DNA from: Spirochaetota bacterium
GTDB lineage: Bacteria > Spirochaetota > UBA4802 > UBA5550
Assembly: GCA_963663865.1 (NCBI GenBank)
Contig: OY760686.1
Span: forward strand, 2,560,001 to 2,624,000
Length of the DNA stretch: 64,000 nt
Direction of reading: 5' to 3'
Part shown: positions 10,165 to 20,696 of the stretch, one piece after another
How the letters are laid out: every line of letters begins with the position of its first letter
Position numbering within the stretch: position 1 is the first letter of the stretch
Notes under the pieces: model-generated
What the model saw: only the letters and a program-made list of their open reading frames with translations
What the model was told of the DNA's origin: nothing
Database searches by the model: none
Made by a program: the position numbers and the translations under genes

Positions 10165-11106
10165 ATGCCCCTTACCGATTTTGACAGATACTTCTCAAAC
10201 TTCCCGGAACCTGATGCGCCTGGAGATTTCGAATCCTTTTGGAAAGATTCACTCGCTGAGCTGAAAAGAATCAACCTTGAACTTTCGGTCAAAGAGATCA
10301 GACGGGATGGATATGCGAATTTCAAAGTGTATGATGTTACTTTTCAGGGATTTGCCAAAACGCTTGTTCACGCTGTGCTGTTAAAACCGGCAAGGGCAGA
10401 AAAAACACGGGCTGTTATATACATTCACGACTATAACCGCTATTCCGAAATACCGCGTGAGTCGCTCGACAAAACACTTTCCTATCTTTTCATCGGCATG
10501 AGAGGACATCACGTACTGAAAAAGAATCCAGATGCCGATACGCGTAGCCCCGGCTACATGATAGAGAATATACTTGATCCCAGGACATATTACGTGAAGG
10601 CCGTCTATCTCGACGCGTTCAGAAGCATTGACGCGCTTCGGCTTATTGGCGATATTGACTGCAGCGCTATAGGAATAGCCGGGAAGGGGCTCGGTGCGGC
10701 TGCAGCGGCATTCTGTGCAGCCAGCTCAGACAGGATCTCGTGCGCTGTGTTAGAAACCCCTGCCTTCTGCAATCTTCCGCTTAGTCAGAACCGTTCATCA
10801 AGCGAGCTTACCGAAGAGATAAACGGCTACATAGCCGCTTCAAGAGCGAAAAAAAAGCAGGTTAAGGACAACCTTACCTACTTCGATATTCTGAACTTTG
10901 CCGATAAAATAACAATGCCTGTTCTTGTTACTTCAGGATTTAAAGACACGCTCTCATTGCCCGATTGCATAATGGGATTCTTCAACAGGCTACAGACTGA
11001 AAAGACTATTGAGATATATCCCGAAGACGGCAATAGCGCCGGAGGGGCGGCACAATCCAAAAAATCAGTTAAATGGCTGAAAAAACATCTTTCCCGTCAG
11101 GCCTGA
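10165..11106 (+). CDS. Acetyl xylan esterase / cephalosporin-C deacetylase (CE7) family protein, apparently catalytically degenerate
   Basis: P.DFESFW, YYVKAVYLDAFRSID, LTYFDILNFADKI motifs; nucleophile elbow reads GKGLG. Confidence 0.85.
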   Translation: MPLTDFDRYFSNFPEPDAPGDFESFWKDSLAELKRINLELSVKEIRRDGYANFKVYDVTFQGFAKTLVHAVLLKPARAEKTRAVIYIHDYNRYSEIPRESLDKTLSYLFIGMRGHHVLKKNPDADTRSPGYMIENILDPRTYYVKAVYLDAFRSIDALRLIGDIDCSAIGIAGKGLGAAAAAFCAASSDRISCAVLETPAFCNLPLSQNRSSSELTEEINGYIAASRAKKKQVKDNLTYFDILNFADKITMPVLVTSGFKDTLSLPDCIMGFFNRLQTEKTIEIYPEDGNSAGGAAQSKKSVKWLKKHLSRQA

Positions 11107-11107
11107 A

Positions 11108-11950
11108 CTATCTTTCAATCAGCCTTTCCGCGTAGTCAGCCAGCTTCACAAAGCTGTATCCTCTCTTTTTAAGCTCCGGCACAGCTAATCTGACAGCCTC
11201 GTTTGTATTTCGCCCAGGATGGTTCATATGCATAAGCACGACAGCTCCCGGTGAAGCTTCTCTGAGCAGATTGCGGGCAAGGAGCGCGGCGCTCTTTCCA
11301 TGCTCGGCATCGCCCGGACTAATCCTGTAATTTATAATTCGATATCCTATCTCGTTAACAATCTTTATTGAGACGTCATCATAGCAGGCAGTGCCCGATC
11401 TGAAAAGAACGGGCCTTTTTCCTGTTATTGAGGCTATCTTGACAGCATTTCCCTCGACCTCTTCGACAACATCGGATATGGAACGGGTTCCTTTTATTCC
11501 GTAGATTGAAGCGCCGTTTATACTCAAAGGCCTGTGTTTCAAACCATGGTTCTGTATATCGAAAAGCCTTTTCACGCTTAGCTGTTTAAAGAGAGCCGGG
11601 TTTGCGTCTATCCATCTCCCGGAAATAAACAGGGTGGCCGGTGTTTCCGTCTGCTCAAGATAATTAATAAGAGCGGCATCATATCCGTTTCCGCCGGGGC
11701 CGCCACACGCGTCAAAGGTGAGAGCTATTATCCTCTCATCCGTTTTTATCCCCCTGACAACACCTGAAGACCAGGCGCTGAGAGCCGACGGATTCACTCC
11801 GGCGTACTTTTTTGTAAGAGTAACCTTGAGCCCGTTCATGCTGCTGCCGCTTTCACCGGCCCGGCCCGCGCTGACAGTGCCAAGCAGCAAGACTGCGGCC
11901 GTAATACGTCCGAACGTCTGAAATAATTCCATCCGTTTATCCCCGGTCAT
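11108..11950 (-). CDS. Exported polysaccharide deacetylase (NodB/CE4)
   Basis: ALTFDACG, ATLFISG.W, QNHGLKH, LFRSG, VVLMH. Confidence 0.9.
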   Translation of the reverse strand: MTGDKRMELFQTFGRITAAVLLLGTVSAGRAGESGSSMNGLKVTLTKKYAGVNPSALSAWSSGVVRGIKTDERIIALTFDACGGPGGNGYDAALINYLEQTETPATLFISGRWIDANPALFKQLSVKRLFDIQNHGLKHRPLSINGASIYGIKGTRSISDVVEEVEGNAVKIASITGKRPVLFRSGTACYDDVSIKIVNEIGYRIINYRISPGDAEHGKSAALLARNLLREASPGAVVLMHMNHPGRNTNEAVRLAVPELKKRGYSFVKLADYAERLIER

Positions 11951-11978
11951 TTGTTATCAAATTCAATAAAGGCGGTTC

Positions 11979-12623
11979 TTAAACAGCGCTGTCTTCAATT
12001 AGCGGGACAAATGTTGCGTTACCTATCTTGTCGACAGATACAGATCCGTCGAAGCACCTTACATATCTGTTTATACAGTGGGACCTGCCGTCTGATACTG
12101 GAATAATGAGCCTGCCTCCCTCAGAGAGCTTACTGAAGAGTGATACCGGAAGTATCTCCGCGCCGGCAGCCACAATAACAGAATCGAACTCACCTTCAGC
12201 GTCATTAAAATCACCGGACTTGATAAAGTCAATGTTTTTGAAACCGAAACGCGAAAGAACTGACATGGCCCTCTCGCTGAGCATCGGAATTCTTTCCATG
12301 GTCACAACCCTTCTCGCGAGTCTCGCCAGAATGGCCGTCTGGTAGCCGGAACCGGTCCCGATTTCAAGGACTGTTTCAGTCCCGTTGAGATTCAATGCCT
12401 GCACCATACCAGCTATAACTGAAGGTTTAGAGATAGTCTGCCCATGTCCTATCGGAAGCGATGAGTCGTTATACGCACTGAACCTGAGAGCCTCAGAAAC
12501 AAAGAAATGTCTCGGGACAGAGTACATCGCATCAAGGACTCTGCCGGATTGTATACCCTTTTCGCTCAGTGATCTCAGCATCGCTGATCTCGCGATATGC
12601 ATCCCGTCATTATCAGGGAACAA
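11979..12623 (-). CDS. pcm: Protein-L-isoaspartate O-methyltransferase
   Basis: VPRHFFV, LPIGHGQTISKP, VLEIGTGSGYQTAILA, FVPL. Confidence 0.93.
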   Translation of the reverse strand: MFPDNDGMHIARSAMLRSLSEKGIQSGRVLDAMYSVPRHFFVSEALRFSAYNDSSLPIGHGQTISKPSVIAGMVQALNLNGTETVLEIGTGSGYQTAILARLARRVVTMERIPMLSERAMSVLSRFGFKNIDFIKSGDFNDAEGEFDSVIVAAGAEILPVSLFSKLSEGGRLIIPVSDGRSHCINRYVRCFDGSVSVDKIGNATFVPLIEDSAV

Positions 12624-14730
12624 AGTAACCTCCCCACTCCGTGCCCCGGAGTCCCCTGTAATCTATATCTATGCGCATATCCGACCACCAGCCTCGGAAA
12701 ATCGCCGGTTTAAACGTTTTGTAAACAAACACATACCTGTACTCATCCTGCCCTTTAATACGTGAATAGAGTGAACGGAGAGTGTCAACTTCTGAGGGCA
12801 ATATCACACTGCCTCCGGTACTTTCAGCTATATTCCTGAGTGACTCATCGGGACTTTTAAAAGATATTATATAAACAGGAACAAAGTGACGCTGCGCGTA
12901 ATGAATTATAGTCCGCTCGCTGTACTGTTCAAAAGAATCAGCGGCAACCGTTCCGTCTGTAATGAGGATAACCGCCCTTCTGTTAAGGCGGGGAATAAGC
13001 GATGATATCGAATTATAGAGGGCCCTCCCTGTCACCTTTCCGCTCGAATACTCATCGGTAGAAAGAGCCTTGAGAGTCCTCCTTCTGCTCCAGTCATAGG
13101 GGCTGGCTTCATAGTAGTCGGAACTGAAGCCTACCGTCCTGACCGAATCGTTTTTGCGCATTTTTTTAAGAAAGAAGTCTGCTGCCCACTCAACATCCGG
13201 GCTGTATCTTCTCGACTGGGTGGACCTGTCAACACAGATTACAGCTGAAACTGAAGGCGCCTTTTTTTTAAGATAACCGGTGTATATTGACGAAACAGGA
13301 GCATTGTCCTCAACTATTTTAATATTTTCTGATGTCAGTCCATAGACCGGACGGCCTTCCCTGTTTCTGATATTGACATAGCAGGCTACAACCGGAAACA
13401 TCCCGGTATCGACTGAGGCGATCTCAACCTCAAGGTTCGTGTATTTCCGTTCAACCGGAGTATAGGCATAAACTGACTGCGCGCTGTAATCGAGACAGTA
13501 CACAAAGCCGTCTCTGTCAGCCGCTGTGGCGAAAAGCCTGATGTTCTCCTCACCGTTTTCAGCCTCGAAAGGAGATACATCTCCGGTTGCCGGATCGTAT
13601 TTCACAAGCCCTTTCCTTTCATCAGAGATTAAAAGGCTTCCTCCGTGAACGGATATTCCCCTCGGGCTATCAAGCTTCTTCTCAAGCAGGTTCTTCTTGA
13701 AGTTTCCCCATTCATCAAAAAGCGATATTCGGCTGTTCTTCCTGTCGGCGATATAAACCAGACCTTCAATCACCGAAACCGCGGAAGGCCCCGAAAGCTC
13801 CCCTTCGTACTTCCCGCTTTTCCCGAATTGGAGGATAAATCCCCCATCAGGGTCAAACTTCTGAATTCTGTCATTGCCCGTATCAGCAACGTATAGATTC
13901 CCCGCGGCATCAAACTTCAATCCGGCAGGACCGTGAAACTCCGAAGGGCCGGACCCGCTCCTGCCTATTTCCTTTATCACTTTGCCTGATGTACTCATCA
14001 GAAAAACTCTGTCATTTTTGAAATCGGAAACCGCAAGCCTGCTGCCAGAGCAGTCAACACCGTAAAGCCCGGAACCGAAACCAGGAGTTACAGAAAAGAT
14101 TCCATTTCCATTCAGATCGAACTTTACCAGCTTGCCGCTTGAAAATGAGGTCACGTATATATTTTTCTCGCGGTCGACGGCGATATCGGCGGGATGAGGA
14201 AACCCGTATTGCTTCATTTTGGAGGATTCAACCACTGTACTGCGGACATACCTTCCTGAAAACGGCGCCTTACCCGCAAAAGCCTCACGAAACTTGATCT
14301 CGTTTAGCCTGTTGCGGAAAACTGCATTCTCCGGGTACATCTCCACAAGCCTTTCAAGCTCCGAAACAGCGGAGTCCAAAAAACCCGCAAGCCTGTAAGA
14401 TCGCGAAAGATAATCTGCCGCGGCAGTATAGTCGGCATAGTGAACCAGGGCATTTCTGAAAAACTCAACCGCCGCCAGATAATGACCGTCGTTGAAATAC
14501 GTCATTCCTTTCCTGAACTCGGCCTTCCCCCTTTCGAACTTAACAAAATCGGCCGAATCAGAATAGACGGGGAGAGCAGCAGCTGTAAACAGCAGCAGGC
14601 CCCTGAGGAACGCGGAAAACCGCTTTCTGCCGGAATAAAGCATTTTTGACCACCTGAAAGTCTGTTTGAAGATAGCACAGTTTTCCGAAGCTTTGCCGCC
14701 AGCCCGGAAAACCTCAGTAATATGTCCCAT
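12613..14730 (-). CDS. Exported TPR + NHL beta-propeller + vWA domain protein (true start may be ATG at 14643)
   Basis: NHL repeats (FHGPAGL..D..GNLYVADTGNDRIQKFD); C-terminal vWA (ICVDRS, VILITDG, IAESTGG). Confidence 0.8.
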   Translation of the reverse strand: MGHITEVFRAGGKASENCAIFKQTFRWSKMLYSGRKRFSAFLRGLLLFTAAALPVYSDSADFVKFERGKAEFRKGMTYFNDGHYLAAVEFFRNALVHYADYTAAADYLSRSYRLAGFLDSAVSELERLVEMYPENAVFRNRLNEIKFREAFAGKAPFSGRYVRSTVVESSKMKQYGFPHPADIAVDREKNIYVTSFSSGKLVKFDLNGNGIFSVTPGFGSGLYGVDCSGSRLAVSDFKNDRVFLMSTSGKVIKEIGRSGSGPSEFHGPAGLKFDAAGNLYVADTGNDRIQKFDPDGGFILQFGKSGKYEGELSGPSAVSVIEGLVYIADRKNSRISLFDEWGNFKKNLLEKKLDSPRGISVHGGSLLISDERKGLVKYDPATGDVSPFEAENGEENIRLFATAADRDGFVYCLDYSAQSVYAYTPVERKYTNLEVEIASVDTGMFPVVACYVNIRNREGRPVYGLTSENIKIVEDNAPVSSIYTGYLKKKAPSVSAVICVDRSTQSRRYSPDVEWAADFFLKKMRKNDSVRTVGFSSDYYEASPYDWSRRRTLKALSTDEYSSGKVTGRALYNSISSLIPRLNRRAVILITDGTVAADSFEQYSERTIIHYAQRHFVPVYIISFKSPDESLRNIAESTGGSVILPSEVDTLRSLYSRIKGQDEYRYVFVYKTFKPAIFRGWWSDMRIDIDYRGLRGTEWGGYFVP

Positions 14731-14771
14731 GCTTTAATTATCGGACGCTCCGGGGAAAACAGGAAAGCATT

Positions 14772-17588
14772 TTAAGGGCGTTTAAGAACCTTTTTCAAAA
14801 ACGCGCCGGTATGGGATTTCTTTTCGGAAGCCACAGTCTCCGGAGTTCCCTCGACCACAATGGCCCCACCGCCGTCGCCGCCTTCCGGGCCCAGATCAAT
14901 GACATAGTCAGCTGTTTTAATTACGTCAAGATTGTGCTCAATAACGATTACGGTGTTTCCCTTTTCGACAAGCGAATTCAAAACCTCTATGAGCTTCTTT
15001 ATATCGGCGAAATGAAGTCCCGTTGTCGGCTCGTCGAGTATGTAGACTGTCCGCCCTGTCGCTCTTTTGGAAAGTTCGGTTGCAAGTTTAATCCTCTGCG
15101 CTTCACCGCCGGAAAGCGTAGTAGCCGGCTGTCCGAGCTTGATATAGCCCAATCCGACACTGGCAAGCGTCTCAAGCCGGCTCTTTATGGCGGGAATGCT
15201 GTCAAAATAAGGAATGGCCTCATCCACAGTCATCTCAAGAACCTCGTGGATATTCCTGCCCTTGTACCTGACCTCAAGGGTCTCGTGATTATATCTTCTG
15301 CCTCCGCATACCTCGCAGGTAACATAGACATCGGAGAGAAAATGCATCTCGATCTTCTTGACACCGTCGCCCTCGCAGGACTGACACCTGCCTCCCGCGA
15401 CATTGAACGAGAAGCGCCCGGGTTTGTAGCCCCTGACCTTTGATTCCGGAAGCTTTGCAAACAGCTCACGAATAGGAGTGAACATACCGGTATAGGTTGC
15501 CGGATTTGAACGCGGCGTTCTTCCGATAGGGGACTGGTCAATGTCGATGACCTTATCGACCTGCTCAGTTCCGGTAATTTCCCTGAAATTTCCAGGATAC
15601 TTCTTTGAGCGCATAAGCAGCGTTGACAGGGCCTTAAACAGTATTTCAACCGTAAGCGTGGACTTCCCCGAGCCGGAAACCCCTGTGACCGCGGTAAAGA
15701 CAGCTACTGGAAATCTAACATCGATATTCCTCAGATTGTTCTCCGCAGCACCCTTCACCTCGATAAAGCCCGCCGGTTCGCGCCTTGAGGAAGGCACTTC
15801 TATCCTCTCACGACCGGAAAGGTATGCGCCGGTAATTGACGCGGGATTATTCTTAATCTCTTCCGGCGTCCCCTCGGCGATTACATATCCCCCGTTGAGT
15901 CCGGCCCCCGGCCCCAGGTCAACGACATGGTCCGCGTCGAGGATAGTGTCCTCATCGTGCTCTACAACAATTACGGTATTTCCCATATCGCGCATTCTCT
16001 TCAGAGTCGCGAGGAGCTTTTCATTGTCACGCTGATGCAGGCCGATGCTGGGCTCATCGAGTACATAGAGCACCCCGGTAAGGCTTGACCCTATCTGAGT
16101 GGCAAGCCTTATCCGCTGAGACTCACCGCCTGAGAGTGTTCCGGCTGCCCTGTCAAGTGTCAGGTAGTCAATTCCCACATCGTTTAGAAAGTTCAGCCTC
16201 GTACGAATCTCCTTCATTATCTGGGAGGATATCTTCTCTTCGGTGGGTGAAAGCTTAATGTTTTTAAAGAAATCCCGGCAGTGACCTATGCTCAGAGAGG
16301 TTATCTCATCTATAGATTTTTCAGCGACCTTGACTGCCAGGCTTTCCTTTTTTAGTCTTCTTCCGCCGCAGGAATCGCATGTCTGGACAGCCATGAAGCC
16401 CTCCATCCATTCACGCATTTCCTCAAACCTCGTTTCACGGTATCTGCGGTCGAGCGAAGGAATGACCCCTTCAAAGGGTTTCTTCCTTTTATATTCAGCA
16501 TCCTCTCTCTTGATGCTGAAATTTATCTTCCTGTCGCCTGAGCCGTAGAGAATAATATTTTGTATTTTTTCAGGAAGCTCCTTCCACGGCCTGTGCCCGT
16601 CAAAGCCGAACTCCTTCTCAAGAGCCTGTATCTGTTCAATGTACCAGTAGCTTGTGCTCTTTCCCCAGACCTCCAGCACACCCTGATACAGAGATTTTTC
16701 CGGATCGGTTACGATAAGGTCCGGATCAAAACGCATAATAAAACCGAGTCCGCTGCACTTCTCACAGGCACCGTACGGGCTGTTAAAAGAAAACATTCTC
16801 GGGGAGAGTTCGGGAATGGATATGCCGCAGTCAGGACATGAAAGTCTGGTCGAATAGAGCTTTTCCTCAGCACTGAACACAATAGTTACAATGCCTCCGG
16901 CAAGATCAATCGCTGTTTCTATTGAGTCAGCCAGCCTGGGCCTTATGCCGTCCTTCAGTACTATCCGGTCAACAATGATGTCAATATTGTGCTTTTTGTT
17001 CTTTTCAAGCGGTATTTTTTCATCAAGGCTTCGGTCCTCCCCATTGACCCTTACTCTCTGAAAGCCGTTCTTCACTGCCGAATCAAACACGTCTGCATGT
17101 TCGCCCTTTCTGCCTCGAACCATCGGCGCGAGGATCTGAAGCTTTGTGCCTGAACGCATGGTCAGCAGCTGTTCAACAATCTGGTCAAGTGACTGAGAGC
17201 TGATCGGTTTTCCGCATTCATAGCAGTAAGGAACCCCGATCCTGGCGTAGAGAAGCCTGAAGTAGTCATATATCTCAGTTACGGTGCCCACCGTTGACCG
17301 CGGATTCTTGTGAGTGGTCTTCTGCTCAATGGATATTGCCGGAGACAGGCCTTCAATAAGATCTACATCGGGCTTTTCCATAATGCCGAGAAACATCCTC
17401 GCGTATGAAGACAGCGACTCAACATAGCGCCGCTGCCCTTCCGCGTAGATGGTATCGAATGCAAGGGACGATTTTCCGGAGCCGGACAGACCCGTTATAA
17501 CCACAAGCCTGTCGCGTGGAATATCAAGTGAAATGTTTTTCAGGTTATGTTCACGCGCCCCTTTAATAACAATTGAGCGCTCTGTCAT
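14772..17588 (-). CDS. uvrA: Excinuclease ABC subunit A
   Basis: [21 protein letters not shown], two LSGGE signatures, zinc fingers; start moved to ATG overlapping the upstream stop. Confidence 0.98.
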   Translation of the reverse strand: MTERSIVIKGAREHNLKNISLDIPRDRLVVITGLSGSGKSSLAFDTIYAEGQRRYVESLSSYARMFLGIMEKPDVDLIEGLSPAISIEQKTTHKNPRSTVGTVTEIYDYFRLLYARIGVPYCYECGKPISSQSLDQIVEQLLTMRSGTKLQILAPMVRGRKGEHADVFDSAVKNGFQRVRVNGEDRSLDEKIPLEKNKKHNIDIIVDRIVLKDGIRPRLADSIETAIDLAGGIVTIVFSAEEKLYSTRLSCPDCGISIPELSPRMFSFNSPYGACEKCSGLGFIMRFDPDLIVTDPEKSLYQGVLEVWGKSTSYWYIEQIQALEKEFGFDGHRPWKELPEKIQNIILYGSGDRKINFSIKREDAEYKRKKPFEGVIPSLDRRYRETRFEEMREWMEGFMAVQTCDSCGGRRLKKESLAVKVAEKSIDEITSLSIGHCRDFFKNIKLSPTEEKISSQIMKEIRTRLNFLNDVGIDYLTLDRAAGTLSGGESQRIRLATQIGSSLTGVLYVLDEPSIGLHQRDNEKLLATLKRMRDMGNTVIVVEHDEDTILDADHVVDLGPGAGLNGGYVIAEGTPEEIKNNPASITGAYLSGRERIEVPSSRREPAGFIEVKGAAENNLRNIDVRFPVAVFTAVTGVSGSGKSTLTVEILFKALSTLLMRSKKYPGNFREITGTEQVDKVIDIDQSPIGRTPRSNPATYTGMFTPIRELFAKLPESKVRGYKPGRFSFNVAGGRCQSCEGDGVKKIEMHFLSDVYVTCEVCGGRRYNHETLEVRYKGRNIHEVLEMTVDEAIPYFDSIPAIKSRLETLASVGLGYIKLGQPATTLSGGEAQRIKLATELSKRATGRTVYILDEPTTGLHFADIKKLIEVLNSLVEKGNTVIVIEHNLDVIKTADYVIDLGPEGGDGGGAIVVEGTPETVASEKKSHTGAFLKKVLKRP

Positions 17589-17899
17589 ATCTGTTCTACA
17601 TTGATAGAACCGCACATTGGACAAACTACATCAGAATAATCTTCGTCTTCGTCTTCGAGATTGCCCTTTGTTTTTATTATATAATCATCCCAGCGGTAAT
17701 CGCAGTCTTCACATGCGAAACTGCGGTTAATACGTTTCTCAGTTGTACTTTCTTCATCGTCAAGTTCATCATCCTCTTCAATGAGTTCCTCTTCGTCTTC
17801 AGCCTCAAGCTCTTCTTCTTCGTAGTGTTCTTCATAGTAATCGTCTTCATAGACATGATCATCATATTCTCTTTCGAAGTATTCGTTATCGTGTGACAT
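17585..17899 (-). CDS. Highly acidic small protein with C-terminal zinc ribbon
   Basis: About 44 of 104 residues are D/E; CEDC...CPMCGS; ATGA overlap with uvrA. Confidence 0.75.
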   Translation of the reverse strand: MSHDNEYFEREYDDHVYEDDYYEEHYEEEELEAEDEEELIEEDDELDDEESTTEKRINRSFACEDCDYRWDDYIIKTKGNLEDEDEDYSDVVCPMCGSINVEQI

Positions 17900-18107
17900 G
17901 GCATTACCCTGAAATAATATAGTTTGTATTGATTTTTAGAGCGACCGCTCTGCCTTCAGAAGCGGAGCCCCCGCGGCCGGCATGGCAGCGTGAACCTGGA
18001 AAACTGTTTTCCTCATAAGAAATGTGACCCTTTTCTTGTCAAAAATAATTCACAAACCATGTGAAAAATTTAACAGACAACACAACCACCCTCTCACTGC
18101 AATATAA

Positions 18108-18746
18108 TTACTTAAATATAAATCGTCCTTTTTTTCTTTCGGATTCCGGGATTGTTTCCGGTTTTTTTTCACTCTCAGAGAGAATAATGTCCCACATGCC
18201 CCATACACCCGGACGAGCGCCGGTCTCCCTGAATAGCAGATCAATGCGCCCCTTCACAGTGAAACGGTACGGCACAGCGATACAAAAAGATTCACCCGGC
18301 GCGAGGTCAGAAGACCGTACTTCAGCAATTAAGGCTGAAACGCCATTTTCAACGGAAGATATTCTCAGTATTTCCGCCGGCTTTGTTCCTGCCTCAACCC
18401 GCCATTGAACGAAATCTGCATGGAGATAGTAACTCTTCGACGGGTTTAGACCCTCGAAAGCAATCCGCGTTCCGTAACGGTGAATCATACCGGCATAGTC
18501 ATCGACCGCCGGAGGAGCGTCTGGAACAAGGTAAAGCCCTCTTCCCCTCCCCCATTCATAGAGGCTGTTTCGGTTTATAATTGAAGCCCACCTTACACCG
18601 CAGTCTCCCCCGGGACCCCTGTCCGGATTAATCACCTTTATATCGACTTCGGGCGCAATCTTTTCAGAATATGCCCCATCACAAAACAAAAGCGGAACCA
18701 TCATCGTAAACGCGGCAATTATGTACTTTTGATGTAAACTCATCAA
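18108..18746 (-). CDS. Exported hypothetical protein
   Basis: N-terminal hydrophobic signal; beta-rich body; SD-like AGGTGA upstream. Confidence 0.6.
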   Translation of the reverse strand: MMSLHQKYIIAAFTMMVPLLFCDGAYSEKIAPEVDIKVINPDRGPGGDCGVRWASIINRNSLYEWGRGRGLYLVPDAPPAVDDYAGMIHRYGTRIAFEGLNPSKSYYLHADFVQWRVEAGTKPAEILRISSVENGVSALIAEVRSSDLAPGESFCIAVPYRFTVKGRIDLLFRETGARPGVWGMWDIILSESEKKPETIPESERKKGRFIFK

Positions 18747-18968
18747 CTCACCTTTTCAGGGCTCATGATATAACATACAGCGGCAGGCAAAGTCAACCAG
18801 TTTGAAATTTTTTTTGCACCATTACAGCAAAAAAATCCAGAGCCTCAACGCGAATGACCTCATTCAACCGGGCAGCGAAACGCTTTCGCTGCTTTACAGG
18901 AAAGGTTTTTACCTTAAATCCACACTCTGCCGCTGGATAAACTGAATCAGATGATTAAGCCATAAAGG

Positions 18969-19664
18969 CTATTCAAACGTTTTTTCAACAGCCTTTAATA
19001 TTTCGAGATGTGTATCAGAATCGGTGGGAGAGACTGTATAATAGATTTGATCATCAGGATTAGTTTTTTCACGCAATTCAATCAGAAATGGCTTATCCGA
19101 TATAGAAATTTTATTCTTGATATATTTTTCCGGTATGTCATTATAACTGATCTGAAATCTTACTGACGTTGGAATAAGTGATATACTTGCACCATGACTA
19201 TGTTTCGTTGATATCAGCTCTTCTATTTCTTTTGCTCTAATAATGCCAATAAGCCGGTCAAGTTTTATATCAAGCTTCAAAATACATGTTGTCTCATATG
19301 TAGAAATCAATGGGTCGTATGAACTTTTCTCTTCTCTTTGATCAATAGAAACCAGTAATTTTCTAAACTCATTAAAAAATAAATCTGAAACACTTGAAGG
19401 CGATAGTATATTTATTATTATTTTTCTATCATCAATAGATATCTGGTTAATAATATATGTGTTGCCGTTATATTCAAAAACGCCATTCTGAAATACCAAT
19501 TGAGGGATTTGATTTAAAAATTGCGGAGAAAGAGGAGCCCTGACCAGTGAAAATGTTGAAGTAATTTTTTGAATTGCAGCCTCACTATTTAAGCCGGCCA
19601 GGTATATATCGTCAGAAGGGAAAATCATTACTTTCGTGGTTTTAAGATATTTAACTTCTCTCAT
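18969..19664 (-). CDS. Hypothetical protein, third gene of the hicAB module
   Basis: AT-rich 231-aa ORF with ATGA overlap with hicB. Confidence 0.75.
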   Translation of the reverse strand: MREVKYLKTTKVMIFPSDDIYLAGLNSEAAIQKITSTFSLVRAPLSPQFLNQIPQLVFQNGVFEYNGNTYIINQISIDDRKIIINILSPSSVSDLFFNEFRKLLVSIDQREEKSSYDPLISTYETTCILKLDIKLDRLIGIIRAKEIEELISTKHSHGASISLIPTSVRFQISYNDIPEKYIKNKISISDKPFLIELREKTNPDDQIYYTVSPTDSDTHLEILKAVEKTFE

Positions 19665-20203
19665 ATAATTAATTGTTCCTCATCTTTCGAATGAAGATAA
19701 GGACAAATTCTATCCCCATTTTTTATCTGTTCCTCCTGACCGCTGAATGAGTTTTCAGTCAAGATATCCATTCTTTTATTAATTTTAGCATTTACAAAGT
19801 TCATTTTCTGAATAATATCATTACAAGTCTGCAATTTGTTTTCTAATTTACTTATAAAGGATGAGATAGAGTCGCAATATATATTGCGTTCGATCAAAGA
19901 AGTAATATACTGGTTAGCCGATACACCTTCATTCAAAGCCATGACAGCAATATTTCTATGTGTTGCCGGGGGAATTCTTAATAAAATATTACCTTTATAC
20001 TCTTTTAGTGTCACAGGCTCAGGTATTGGTTCACCATCTTCTTCCATCCATTTCAATACATCCTCAATAACAAGGTCAAGTTCAGACTCGGCTTCGGTTC
20101 TGGTGACTCCGAACGCGGACAACAAAGGAAACTCCATAGCCCTTGCCACAAAACAATTATCTTCAATAGACCATTCGGTTCTGTAAGTGTAGTGATTTTC
20201 CAT
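19661..20203 (-). CDS. hicB: HicB family antitoxin with C-terminal extension
   Basis: YTYRTEWSIED..FVAR..EFP.LSAFG.T..EA, GEPIPEP, YKGNILLRIPPATHR..A..A..EGVSANQY. Confidence 0.9.
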   Translation of the reverse strand: MENHYTYRTEWSIEDNCFVARAMEFPLLSAFGVTRTEAESELDLVIEDVLKWMEEDGEPIPEPVTLKEYKGNILLRIPPATHRNIAVMALNEGVSANQYITSLIERNIYCDSISSFISKLENKLQTCNDIIQKMNFVNAKINKRMDILTENSFSGQEEQIKNGDRICPYLHSKDEEQLII

Positions 20204-20207
20204 TTCT

Positions 20208-20492
20208 TTAATTGTTAACCTGTATATGATTTTTCAATCTCTCTAACACTGTTATAACCTGTCTGACTTGATACGGTTTTGCCATTTTTTTATTCTGATT
20301 ATCACGCTGAATATTTATTCTGGGATCACCCGGCTAGGGCGTTTTAAATATATAATGGCTCGATGCGGAACTTCTATAATTCGGAAAATATCTTTTACAA
20401 ATACTAAACATTTCATCAAATTTAATATTTTTGGGATTTGATGTCAAATAACCAATATCCGCATATATTCTGTTGATGTTTATACCCGTCAA
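20208..20492 (-). pseudogene. hicA: HicA family toxin interrupted by an in-frame TAG
   Basis: Manual translation from TTG: ...NPKNIKFDEMFSICKRYF..RSSASSHYIFKTP*PGDPRINIQ..KMAKPYQVRQV; TAG at 20334-20336 where this family has Trp. Confidence 0.85.
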
Positions 20493-20512
20493 TGTTACCT
20501 TAACACACTCTA

Positions 20513-20536
20513 AATGATATCATATACGATATCATT
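20513..20536. promoter_or_regulatory. Palindromic operator upstream of hicA (probable HicB autorepression site)
   Basis: AATGATATC-atatac-GATATCATT, a perfect 9-bp inverted repeat 20 nt upstream of the hicA start, overlapping TTGAAT and TGnTATCAT on the minus strand. Confidence 0.65.
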
Positions 20537-20696
20537 CAAGTATTTTTTCCATTATTTTTATGTTTTTTGAATCTTTGATTCCATAAATTATAAACAGAAA
20601 TGATAACGAAGGAGGGCAGTATTTGCTCAAAACTATTTTACTCAGCCGGCCGGCTATTCCGCACAAAAAGCAGACAAAGTCATTGGAGGGCGATCA

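Noticed and set aside
17930-18010. SRP RNA or riboswitch upstream of the zinc-ribbon gene
   Set aside because: GC-rich with a weak hairpin, but no SRP domain IV motif or recognisable aptamer
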